64,000 nucleotides of DNA from assembly GCA_046563655.1 (NCBI GenBank), contig CM102283.1:9424001-9488000 (forward strand). Reading direction: 5' to 3'. Of this stretch, positions 1-12,500 are shown piece by piece. The notes under the pieces are model-generated. The model was not told the origin of the DNA. It did not search any database and saw only the letters and a list, made by a program, of their open reading frames with translations. A program made the translations under genes and the position numbers. This DNA comes from Yuukianura sp. NJ FZ-2021 (taxonomy: Eukaryota). Numbering within the stretch: the first letter of the stretch is position 1; the number at the start of each line of letters is the position of its first letter.

Positions 1-467
1 TTGTCTGCTCAAAAAAGATGTCAAAATTTAAAATTTCGAAAATGACAGATCAGCAATAAGTTATGGAAAGTTTAGAAGAAAAAAGTGTGGTGAAAATGTT
101 TTTGATTTTTTTTTGAAAAATGTTTTAAACATGACACTTCAAGTAATCTCTTGAGAATTTCATCTTCAAGAGCTTTCGTTACAACAAAAAGGCTTTTCCG
201 GAGGTGTAACAAAAGCTGACAACAAAAAGTTTAGTTGAAACAGAACACAAAAGGCGCAAAAATTATTGCCAAACTTTTTTTGAAATCTGAAAACCTCGTT
301 CGAAGGTCGATCTGGTTTCACTTTTTCAAAAAATCCAAAAACATTGCTACAAGAAACAAGAACCAGAGTACTTGTAGCAATTTGTACAAAGAATTGTGTA
401 GCACAAACAAAATTTTGAAGTGTTTTAGAAAATCTAAAAAAATCTTTTAAAAAAAATTGAAACTTGC

Positions 468-748
468 CGCTAAGTCGTCAATGTCCACACAAGTTGTGTA
501 ATTTGACCAAGTTGCGTTGGTTTCTGGATGTCTAAACCAAGTTCCATCTGGCAAACACGTCTTGTGAGCAAAACCTGCGTAAAAATGAAATTTTATTTTC
601 AGAAATTCCAAGTTTTCAAAAATTTTGAACTTACGATGACGATCAAACCCGATAATAAAATATGGACAAGGTTCCTCTGCTCTTTGTCCCGCTCTAGTTT
701 CGTTCCAGCATGACCATCCATCAAAAACGCGAGGACAAAAGAGTCCGA
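468..748 (-). CDS. Class B (secretin-family) GPCR, calcitonin/DH31-receptor-like; hormone-receptor-domain exons 635-748 and 468-574; gene continues left of the window
   Basis: Spliced translation GLFCPRVFDGWSCWNETRAGQRAEEPCPYFIIGFDRH|RFAHKTCLPDGTWFRHPETNATWSNYTTCVDIDDLA fits the calcitonin-receptor HRM pattern (C-x3-FDGWxCW, GTWFRHP, WSNYTxC). Splice phases agree. A candidate upstream exon ends at 1311 (DQECL...FVDE, phase-1 donor). Not in the ORF track. Confidence 0.9.
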
Positions 749-1426
749 CTGGAAAAAAAATTCAAAATAAATTACATTTTGGCATTTCTAGGTGTACTAT
801 GCCAAAAAGGCGTCAAAATATTTTGAAGCGAACCTTTTTGTTCAGTACAATTCATCAGGATTAGTGTTTTTGCAGGCACGCAACGGCCATGGTTTTGTTT
901 TTAAAAAAATGTGGCTAACTGTTTCCAAAATTTAACAAGTTATGAAAAAGTTGAAAAGTTAGACAAAATCTTGGTTGAAAGAAACCAAAAAACTGAAATT
1001 CTGAAAAAAATTCAGCCCAATTTTTTCTCCAATTTCAAAGTTTTTTTTTCTTAGTTAGTATTGTGGATTACCGCTCACTTTTTCGCCAAACTTTTCTGGT
1101 TTTTATAAATTCAAGGCACGATTTTTGATAGAAATCAGAGCATCAGATGGACTTTAATTGTGTGACCACCCGCCAGTATCCGCAGCATCACATCCATCAT
1201 GGCCAGCACATTTCTACTGCCAGCACATTTAAGACAGTTCTATTTTTAGGAAAGTAGGAATCTAGCATGTGGCTTTTCTAAGTTTCCTGAGATGGCCATT
1301 TCCTTAATACCTTCGTCCACGAATCTCACAAAAGTTTGAAGATTGTAGCCATGATCCATCGTCATCATAATTCCGTCTGACAAGCATTCCTGGTCGCTTT
1401 CACTCTCACTTTCACCAAAGCTTCTT

Positions 1427-1517
1427 ACAAAAACTTCCCCAGTATTTGGATTTTTCCAACAAAAACTTCCCCAGCATTTGGATTTTTCTGACAAAAACTT
1501 CCCCAGCATTTGGATTT
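1427..1517. repeat. 32-bp tandem repeat, about 2.8 copies
   Basis: Unit acaaaaacttccccag(c/t)atttggatttttc starts at 1427, 1459 and 1491. Confidence 0.9.
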
Positions 1518-2449
1518 ACTCTAATGGAACTTTCTCAAATCCCACCGCTTTTCCCGCGCTTAAATGCTTTCATGACGCAGTTCCGATTTTTTCATTTTTA
1601 CTTAGATTTTTTAACTGATTAAACTTTGGATCACGGCATGCCAGAAACAAAGAAATTTTCCACTTTTTGAAAGTAGTGAAAGCGACACTTTCTAAATTTA
1701 AGAAATTTCCAGAAACGAAGAGTGCTTGATACAAAAGTAGACAAAAACCTAATTTTTCTAAAGTGTTTCAACAGTTTCCTTATTTAAAAACTTTTGAAAT
1801 TTGTATTTACGAGGTTCGTAAAAGTCAAAGTAGAAATCAAAGTTTTCCGTTTGAGACGATTCGATTTTGAAACAAAAGTTTTTCGCTTTTGACAAAATTT
1901 TGGACTTTTTTTTTAAAAGAAACGTGAGAGTTGTTGCAAATTGGGGATAAGGACGACACTACTTTGCTCTTTGATGCTGCCAGAGTTTCAAAATTTTGAA
2001 CAGAAAGAAATCATAAAATGTGAAAAGTATGAAGATGATGGATGTCTTCTTCGATTTCAAAGAAAGTGAAGACGCAAAAAGTGAATCTCACTTGGTTCAA
2101 AAAGGAAGTTTTTTTTTTAAATTTTGATTTTTAGGTTCCAAATGCCGTTCGGAGGTCACATGACCTGTGTTCTGAACACCCTCAAGCGCCGTTCAATGAT
2201 TGAATTGTTGCGTAGTTTGTTTTTTTCCTTCTAAACAGAGTTCACGACCTAACGACGCAATTTCATTTTTTCTAAACAAAATTCCTCTGACGAAATCGTG
2301 TCATTTGGATTTCAGCTCGTGAAGAACACACAGGTAAAGTGGGGCTCCTCAAAATTTCCAAAATTTTGATTTCAAATTGACATTTCCAATGACCTTTTGA
2401 CCTTTTCAGCAATCAGTGACCAGTTAGTCTCTCTACCATTGACTTTTAA

Positions 2450-2626
2450 CCATCAGCCAGTCATTCGTAAGTCAGTTATCAGTCAGTCTGTTATCAGTCA
2501 ATCATCAGTGATCAGTAAGTGATCGGTCAGTTATCAGTAGGTGATCAGTCAGTTATCAGTAGGTGATCAGTCAGTGATCAGTAAGTGATCGGTCAGTTAT
2601 CAGTAGGTGATCAGTCAGTGATCAGT
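2450..2626. repeat. Degenerate (gatcagt/tatcagt/cagt) simple repeat
   Basis: Repeated atcagtcagtt / gtgatcagt units directly before the CHHC gene exon. Confidence 0.85.
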
Positions 2627-2640
2627 AAATACCGATCAAG

Positions 2641-3198
2641 ATGATGCAAAGACTGAACCATTTCCCGGGAGGTGCAGTGGAGCAGGCTAGACGCCGTCGT
2701 GACGTCAGTCTGGACGAAATGGTCTACTGCTGCTACGATCGCTCGCACCGAGTCAAGTAAGTCACAACATGGCCTCATTTTTTCAAAAAGCACTTTTTTA
2801 ATTTTGAAATTTTAAAAACTTAGGTTTCGAAATTTGGAGAAGCACATCGAGCTGTGTCGTTTTGATTGGATCACGCGCTGCTTGTGGAACGAAGTGGACC
2901 CACAGGAGGTGACATGTCGCTTCTGCCATGATTGGCACTGGGTCACTGAAACGGCATACCACAACCTCTTCTGCCTCAGTTTGGGACGAGTTCAGCCAAA
3001 ACCAAAGAAAACTAGTAAGCTAACTAACTTAATTATTTATTAATTAATTAGTTATTAATTAATCTCAATTAACTTTTTTAAGCCATGGGGTTGATCCGAG
3101 AGGCCAGGAAGATTGATCTGGCGGCATACGCAAAGGAACGCTTCTGGAATTTATTTGGACCGGAAGTTCTCGAGGTTCGATCTGAACAGCAACCATGA
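2641..3198 (+). CDS. Small CHHC (U11-48K/GTSF1-type) zinc-finger protein; exons 2641-2756, 2824-3014, 3083-3198; 5' end uncertain
   Basis: Spliced product contains CCYDRSHRVK|FRNLEKHIELC = C-x5-H-x9-H-x3-C and a second, variant finger CRFCHDWHWVTETAYHNLFC. GT-AG introns are in phase; stop TGA at 3196-3198. Confidence 0.7.
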
Positions 3199-3414
3199 TG
3201 CCAAGACTCCTCAAACTTCAACATTTTTCAAAATTTCAAAATTTTCTAAAATTTAAATTTCCAGTTCCTGTTATTTTTCTTGTTTAGCTTTATCCTCGTT
3301 TTACACTTTCTTTTTGTGTTATTTTTTCTTTACTGGAATTAAAAGTTACTTGGCAGTTTAAAGAAGAATGGAGTGACTAAAGGGCAACTTGTTGACCTTT
3401 GCAATTACTTGCAC

Positions 3415-3540
3415 CACTAAACCTGAACCGGATATAGCCTAACAATCGGTGGATTAGGACACTAACCTAATCCTAACATTTTGAGCCTAACCTAATCTTA
3501 GCCTAACATTATGATCCTAGCCTAACTTGAACCTAACGTA
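3415..3540. repeat. Degenerate CCTAA (TTAGG) telomere-like repeat patch
   Basis: Multiple cctaa/cctag units; a similar patch lies at about 19418-19454. Confidence 0.5.
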
Positions 3541-6500
3541 AGTACTTCCGTTCCCATTTCCTTAGTCTTTCATCATCATTAAAACGTCAACACCAGAAGA
3601 GGAGTGACAGACTCCAGAGATTTATTACGGAGAGATTTGAGCTAATTACTAATTGAAGGGATCCAAGGAAGTCCACTCCACTTCATAAATCATAAACAAC
3701 AACAACATAACAACAGTAGCCTAACTATAACCTAACATTTTAGCACTAGAAGCAACGGAGTCCAGCAGAGGTCAAAAGGTCATCGCTCAACTCTTTTATG
3801 TCCACTTTATCACACTTTTTTTTTAAATTTCGAGAATTCATTTTGAAATAAGGCTTAAAAGTAAGTGATGGGATTTGCATGGAGCTGAAATGTCAGTTTT
3901 TCTTTTAAATTGCTCCACTTTTTCTTGCGTTAACTCCAAATGCGACCTTTGAGTTGAGAATTCCCCCAAGAGTTTGACCAATCACTTTCTCCGAATGTGA
4001 AACTAAAAGCTCATGACTTTTTTCATTTGAACTTTCACTTTAAGCAGTTTCAGCCATGCTTGCTCACTTTCTAAAAAAAGAGTTGAAAAATGTAGGAATG
4101 TGACCAGAGGAAGGCAGGGTCCTTAGGGAGGGGGCCCTTAGAAGCGTGTGGTGCCTTGCCATAAAAATTCAAACCCTAATTCCAACCATCCTTCTATTTC
4201 CAGTCAATTCTTCTCCCAAGAGCAACACTTTCTATCAAGTCCACTCAAAGATGGAGGAAGCGGGACTTTTGAAAAAGCGGGCATTTTGAAGAAAGCGGGC
4301 ATTAGAGTGAGGAACTGGAGAAGAATGGACTTGAGGATTCCAGTGTGATAATGGAGATACGCTTGTCCAAAGTGGATCTTCTTCCTTTATGCTCCACTAA
4401 GGACTTGCCGCTTCAAGAGATTTGGCTTTTAAATTCTAGCGCCACTACAAGTGGCAACCTACCACCTAAAAGTGGCAACCTACCGCTTTAAAGTGGCAAC
4501 ATGTCACCAGGACAGTGATTGAAAACAGCAGTTAGGTTGGGCTTGACTAACTTCTAAATAAGAAAAGAATTAATTTCTAAAAGTGATTTTTAAAGGCGCT
4601 TTTTTAAGTTAAAGGTTTGAATTAACGTGTAAAACAAAATCCGGGATGTTTCGGGTTCAAAAAATCCGGAAAAACTTGAGTACCGTGAAACACTTTCTTT
4701 ACAGATGAATAAATTTAGTTTGAGTGTTGTAAAGAGAGCACGAAGTTTGAAAATGGAACAGTCAGTATGTCTGCTTTTCAGTTTTTTTTTCAGTTTTTTA
4801 AAAAGTAGTTTTTTTTTTAGATTACTGTGCTCACTGTCTTGATTTTGTGTGTTCTAAAACATAAAGTTGAGAAGGGAGGACCAGATTTTGGCAACTGAAA
4901 GCGTTGATTCTTAGAAATTTTGAAAATTCTGGCCAATTAAGTTTGACAGTCATGAAAAAAGAGTCAATGCTCTAGAAAAAAGTTATTTTTGTTTTGAAAT
5001 TTCACGACTAACGTTTTTATTTTGAAAAGAACATCAAATAATTTCGTTTCGACTAAAATTTATTTCGTACCTTTTGAATTTGCAGCAGAAGTTGTAGTGT
5101 TGGATAGATTTCGAAAACAGTTGAGTTGTCGTTCCAAAATGATCAAATCATTTTCATCCAAGTCGTCAATTTTAGGTACTTCTGAAACTTCTCCCATTTT
5201 TAGCACGTTTTCAAACTTTTGTGTTTTGTGATCCAGAAGTCATCAGAAATTCATTTTCAGAGTTTCAAATTTTTGACTCAAATATCTGAAATCAACACAA
5301 ACTTTTTTAATAAAATGATCCCAATGAGCTTCTGTTGTTTTGAGTTTTTCGAACCAAAAGCGACGTGACAAAATGTCTAATAAGAGGATTTGTGGATTTA
5401 AAATTTTGCAAAACTCAAACTTTTTATAATTTTTTTGAAAGAGAATTGAGGTTAAATTTAACTGAAAATCTGCATGCAAGTTATTTTTAAAGAAACAAAA
5501 AATTTTCCAAACGCTTCCAGACTTATGCAAAATCGGAAATCCATTTTAGCACAATTTCAAAACATTTTGTTTTTAGCAAAATTTGTGCAAAAATTAAACT
5601 GGAAAGGGGCGTGGTTCCACAGAAGTGCAAATTTTCACATGAATCAAAAATCATGTCATTTCAAGTGTCATTTTTTTTTAAAGTGTAGCCGTCTGTACTT
5701 GACACTTGAAAGTGATCAATCAACTTAAATAATTCATTGATTGCTTCGGAACTGCAAAAAGGTTTCGAGGTGAAACGGAAATTGGCTTTTTCAAATTTAA
5801 AACTTAAAACAAATGAAAACGCTTTTGTCCTGACAAGATTTTAAACAGTTCCTGCCCTTGTTCTGTCATTTTAAGCATGAATTTGAATATTTTTGCCACT
5901 TTTGAATTTTTATTCCAATTCCGTGTCAAATAGGGAAGAGAAAACCGAAGAATCCAAAATGTCTTTTTTCAAAAAATGAGAAGAGGACCAACTCCCGCGG
6001 GAGATCAATTTTTGGAAGCCAAAAAAAGTTTGAAGTGGAAACCTTTTATACTTTACATACCGATGGTGACAAGTTTTTTTTGTGAAATAAGAAAAAAAAA
6101 TGGGATCTGGAACGTGCACTGTCAAATTTTCGTTCCAATTTTTCCTGCCATTTCTTATTATGCTTGAACATTCCACTTTACCTTTACGTTGTACAATTTA
6201 CAACGTCTATCTCCATTATGTAAATAAGCTTTATAGTACTTTACGATTAGACATTTCATGTTCCCGCCAAAATCCAATTTCAAATTTCTACCTACCGATT
6301 GCATTTTTTCAAAAAAAGGAAATTTGAAAATTCAAATCCAATTCTATTTTGATCACAATTCGCATCCCAGCCAATTCCATCTTGGAAGTACTAACCACAA
6401 CTTTTTGAAATTTTAGCGGTCAGCATTACACATTTTTTTAAGACTAACAAAATTGTTGCGGTAATTTTTTTCAAAAACTTTTTTTTAGTTGTAGACTTAA

Positions 6501-9500
6501 TTAGCTTTGTTGAGGAAGTCAATTAGGCTTAAGTAAACAACCATTTACTACGCAATTGTTTAACATTGTAAGGTGCCTCAAATTCATTGATTTTCCTCTT
6601 CCTCGTGTACGAGTCTTAGTAATTACAAGTAATTGGACTTAACTTTCACGGTTAACGTTGTGTGTTTAAGAAGACTTTTGGAAGTTTAGCTTAAGCAGTT
6701 AGTGTAATGGCCCGACTACTACAAATGTACAAAGTGTTCCAAAAGTTGTTTTTGAAACACTTCTAAAACTGGAGGGCACCTGTTGCAACATAGCCAATAA
6801 CACTTTCCCTCCAGAAACACTTAATTTTATAAAACACTTTTGGAGAAAGCGTTTTAAGAAAACACTTTCTTCATAACAAGCTAAAGACTAACAGTTTTTA
6901 GTCACTAAAAGTTTAAACACTCTGAATACATGTTTTAAGCACTTGAAGTACGAAAAAAACGGACGAAATTTTGAACAAAAGTAATAGAACAGGGGGGCAC
7001 ACATATGGAGAAAGTCGTACCATTATGAAAATTTAGCATCGTGCGCCGCTGTGTTTCTGTTTTGAAAATGAAAATGACCCCGGGGCGGTTTTGTCATTTT
7101 CAAAATTTTGAGTGGAGAAAACGTTAAGTTAATTGTGAGATTAAAGAGAAAAGTATGTTTGAAATTATTGTGGTAGAAGATGAGGTCCCATCTGGAAGTG
7201 AACATCTTCCACCACATTCCTCAAGGAAAGTGGAAAGTTTTGGCGGGAAATTATGGAAATTTCAAATTGAGAACATGGGTCTTGGAATGCCATAATTTGA
7301 ATGAACCCGCCGAGCAACCTTTTCTCTACTCAAAAAGTTGCAAGCTTCGTGCTTTCTCCTTGGTTACTGCAATGAAACTGGACTTTCTCTTTTAGAAAAT
7401 TTAACTTTTCACAAACGGAAACGGTGAAGACAAGAGAAAACTTTGTCACCTTTCTGTTTTTAAAGTTGCCGCCACTTTAAAACTTCCTACTGTTAGTTAC
7501 TCTTTTGTCTCCAATTCAGAGGTTTAAATGGGAGAAAGTAACTTTAGTTTTTAAATTTCCCGCGCATTTCCAGAGCTCATTAAAAGACTTGTTGAGGAAA
7601 GTTGGGGAATAACCGCAGGCAGTTCCACTTTCACCTTCGCTTTCCCATTTCTACAAACTGTGCCATACATATTCATATACACAGAGCATATTGAAAAATT
7701 TTTTGGACTGAAGCTTAAAAAAAAAGAGCGGGAAAGTAGAAAACATTGGAAACAATAAAGACGTTTTGCATTCATTCTGTTGTGTTGACAGCTTTTGCCC
7801 GAGGGGTGTCAGTTTTCTTTGAAACAAAGTCATGTCAAGCTCAAATGCTTCCGTTCGCGCTCTTTTTCAACAACTTTTCTTCAGCTTAGCTCAGAAATGC
7901 GGAAAAAGTGCAAGATTTAGAATTAGAAGAAAATTGCAGGATTTGTGCAAAAATGGGAGAAAAGTTCGATTTATCCAGAAATGGGGCGGAAAGAACAAAA
8001 TTTGTACAAATTTAAATGTTTTCAAAATTTGTCCAAAAATATTCGAAACGGAAAGCGTGGGATTATTTGTTCGGTAATTAAGGAACACAAATTAGGTTGA
8101 AATGTTCGTGTACCAGAATAATTAGTTGCAAGTGCTAATTAAACTCACGTTGAAACTAATTGATTCTTACAAATTTAGTAATTTCTGTTGTTCTACATTG
8201 TGTTCTAAAACTTTTGTAGTCCACCTAGTTTCCAATATTTCATTGTTAATTACGCCAACCGATATAAAGGCTGCTTAGAAATTTCAAAAAATGCATTTTT
8301 TTTTCAAGTTCTGAAAGAAGAAACTTTTTCTTCTATGAATAATTGGAAAATTTGAAAAGTTTTTCAGACGAAACTTTCCACTTTGTCAACGATTTAACTA
8401 TTTTTTTACATTTCAAAGGGCAGGTGAAAGCGCAAAGTGAGTTAAGATTTAATTAAGTTTGAAATTGCCGTTGGGTTTGAATCAAAGAAGAGTAAAAGTG
8501 CAAAAGAAAGTCAATTTCATTTGCTTTAATTGAAAATTAAATATAATTTGGCCCCAGGGGAGGGAATATGCAAATGGAAAAATCAATTCTTTTTTTCATC
8601 TTTCTCCACTTTTACTTAAATTACAAAGTTTCCTCAAAACCAAAGAAAACTTTGTCTTTCAAAACTTTCCAATAAACGGTTTTTCAAAAACACTAAAAAT
8701 TTTTTAAAAAAAAATTAAAGCAATTTAGATAACAATGAAAACTTGCAAACTCTTTTCCTTTATTTTGCCAATTTCTCAAAAACCAAAATTTCCAAGTAAA
8801 ATTTCTTAAACTATCCCGTTCTTTGTTTTTCTTTAAATGTGAGTTCAAAATGCTTTTAAATTCTAAAATTTTGTGATGCGTACAAAAATTAAGTGCAAGG
8901 AAGTTGTTTATGTTTAGGTTTTGTTTACCTTTAATTAACTTTGAGTTCAGCAACAAACTTAACCTTTAGGGAGGTAAACTTCTTCCAAATGGAATCTATT
9001 ATTCAAAGGTCATTGCAAACTTGTAGTTACTCCCTCCAAGATCAACTTGTGGTTACTCCCTCCAGAATACTTTTAGCCCTGAGGGCAATGTCTACGCATC
9101 TTTACTCAATCTTTGTTCTAGGAAATGTTTAAGAGTGAAACTGAAAGTGGTAAGACGTTACTTCGTCTTTCTGGGAAGTGCGTAAAGAGCTTTCCGTTTC
9201 GATTGATGTTGGAGCGACGTGCTGGTTGAAATGAGATCAACTTTTGTAATAAACATAAAACTAAGAAATGACAATGACTAACATCTTCAACCTAACATTT
9301 TGTTGTATCTTGCACGGAGAAAGCAATAAGCGACAGAAGTTCCATGGCATACAAATGCCAATCGGAAATGAAAATTTACAATTTTCTGTTCTTTGTTTTG
9401 AATTGCTCAAATTCCTTTCAAAAGTAATCAAACGTTTTACGCATTTTGTGTCTGACGCACTTTGGTCAAATGGCACTTTTTTGGAAAGACAAGAAAAGCT

Positions 9501-12500
9501 TTTAGACCAAATCCACTTTCGGAGAAAGTGATAACAGTAAGCACTACTGCGAACAAATTGCAAAAACGTTCAAATTTCACAAAACAGTATTTGAAATCGA
9601 TTGTAAATAAAAGTTTTTTGAAGACGTTACAAACAAAACTGTTTTTTTTTTTGAAAATGACATCGATAGGATCACGTTGCTTGTTAAAAAAGTGACCGAA
9701 AAACATCCTGGTTCGTGGGTTTTAATCAAAGAAAAAAAACAGTTCAGAAAAAGTGGGTGGGTTTTATACACGCATGAAAAAATCTTCCCACGCGTTTGGA
9801 AAATTTCAAAGTTCATGCCAAAATCCGGCCAACTTGGATTGCAAAATTCACATTTCACAAAAAAATCTGAAGGTTTTGAACAACAGTGGTTGACTAAAAA
9901 ACGAAAAAAGTTAATGTGATGGAAATTTTGACAAAGTGATCAAAAAAAAAGTAAAAGATCAAATTTCCAATTTCCTTATGAGATTCATTTTGGCACAAGT
10001 CCACAACAGTTTCAATTTTTGCGAAAATCCGCATTTTCTTTGCTGTAAGGAAGAAAATACTTGAGGAATTTTTGTCTTTTTGTTCAAAATTTTGAGACAT
10101 ACTGTACTTTTTGTTCTAAAATTCTATTTCTGTACGGTTATTCTCCAGATTGGTTTGGACAAATGGAGAAAGTAAAACCCGGGAAATGTGTTTCGGGGCT
10201 TTTTGTGTGTTAATTAATAATGAAGTTTTCCGCTTCCAGTGCAAAACCAATTTTTGTCTTCTTTTGTTCTCATTGGTTGAAGTAATCAAGTAGCATCACT
10301 GTTGTACCCACAGAATTGCAACCACAAGCTTTATATCCATTGCATTTATTTTTTGTACCCAAAATTTAGTAACTCGTGCTATTTTTGTTTATCTATCAAG
10401 GAAACGTAACCACCAAAGTGTAACCACTACTCGGTTACACTCAACGTTTGGTTTATGGTGGGTAGTTACACTTCGTGGTTACAAGATGTTTCCGGATACA
10501 ACTGGATCGTTTTAGCTTTACTTCAACCACACTTCCTATTTGGTAAAAGCACAATTTCTGATTTTTCTGAAGCGAGAAAGTGGCATATCAGGCTCAAAAA
10601 ATCTCGACTTTTCCGTTTTTTCCTACATTCACGACATACTTTCGCTTACTTGAATTAATCTCTTTCCCAAATTGAATTACTTTTTTAGTGACCATTTTAT
10701 GACTTTTTTACACACCTTACTCTAACTTACTTTTACTTTTTTAGGTTCATCAGCAGCTTTTTGAGGCAGTTGAGGCTAGGATTTTACTTTTACTGTCACT
10801 TTGTCCCATTTTCTTTTACTTTTGTATTTTTGTCTTCTTGGTTTTTATTAATTGGCAGTTTGCCAATCATTGCAACTTTTTTTTGAGTAAGTTGTTGTGA
10901 AACTGTGTTTAAAAGTTGAGGAAGTGATCAAAGCCATTTGAGATTTGAAGTGAGATAGAAAGTCCGGGAGAATTGAAAAAAAAATAGAGAGGGAGGACAA
11001 ATGGAAGTGACAGGTTTAGGATGTGTTTTGAACGAAAGGCGGGAGATCCTGCTTAGAAATAGATTTAGCATGAAATTCAAAAGAAATCGCTTCTTGTTTT
11101 TCAAAATTCTGAAGATTTTGGAAATCAAATTGTTCCCGAGCAGTCTGGCATCATCAACAACTCTAATCTTGGAAATGCATCATTTTCAGTACCTCTATTT
11201 CATAAAGAAATTGTCCAATTTTGAATTCGGAAGGGATTTGGTAGGAAATAAGGCGTGCAAAATTGAAATTTGAAAACCAAAAACTGAAAAACCATTTTTT
11301 TTTAAAAAGTGGGTGGGATGCCTAAATAAATCTTGAATTTCTGAAGGTGAGCGGGAAATGGAGAAAAATTAAAATAAATTTGGAACAGACAAAACAACTA
11401 CTAATCCACCCGTCATTCGAACCTTCATGTCGTAAAATGATCTTGAGCCACCACGGCCCCACCGCAGCCCCACCACATTTTCAAAGCCCACCTTCAGCAT
11501 CAGGGCAAAACAACACAAAGCTCTTCAAAATTTAAAGACTACGAACCGCCAGATTCAAATTCGCCCGGATTTTGTCCTTTTCAAAAACGGAATTTGAAAC
11601 ATTATTTGTCAAGAAAGTCTCAAAAGGACAAACAGAAATGGAGGATTTTTGTTTAAAAAAGCCGGGCTTTGCGAAAAGCGTATTTTAAAACACAAAAGAG
11701 AAAGTCGAGGGATCAGAGAAAAGAATAACAGATTTTAGACCATTATGAATACAAAATATGATATGTATTTCACAAATTCAAAATTTCAAAAGCCTTTTTT
11801 ACGAAAAGTCACATGTTAGGATTGCCGCTTTTTACTGCTTTTCCTTTGTCATGACTTTTTGAGCCTCTCTTTTGAAACATTTTGTGAAAAAATGAAAAGC
11901 TGTTTGGTCAAACAAAATTATAGCAAGCGAAGACGCAATTTTCAAAAAAGTTCTTTTCAAGTTCAGCTTTCTTGATGTTGAAAAGACTAATTTGAAAGCT
12001 CCTGTCATAAAACAAGTCACTTTTAATATGAAAGTTTTATTAGGCATAGTCTAATAATAGACTTTTATAGACTATTTTAATAGACTAATTTTTTAATTAG
12101 AACAGGGCGGTATGGTAGTAGCGAGCACAAGAAAAATTTTAGAGAGTACTAAAACAAAAACCCAGAAAAAATAGGCGCGTCACGAACGTTTTTGCTAAAA
12201 ACGAAACTTTTTGTTCTGTAATTCATCTTTTGCTTAACTTTTTTAACTTTTCAGGATTAAAGTGTGTGTGGTTTTTTAAAGTGTTTTGCATGATTTTGAA
12301 AGTTTAGATTTGCCAATTAAAGCTGATTAATTGCGATGCGAAAATTATTCAAACAGGATTAAAATAAAATTAGTTTTTAAGCTTTTTTGGTTTTCAAAAA
12401 CACTAAAACGGAATTAACACAAATCTAATGAAAATGTTTTCCCGCGTAGTTTTAATTCCTCTAATCCAGGTAACTCTGAAATTTGAAAATATTTTTATCA

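Noticed and set aside
9261-9919. Cluster of overlapping short ORFs
   Set aside because: Low-complexity K/F/N-rich translations typical of AT-rich non-coding DNA.
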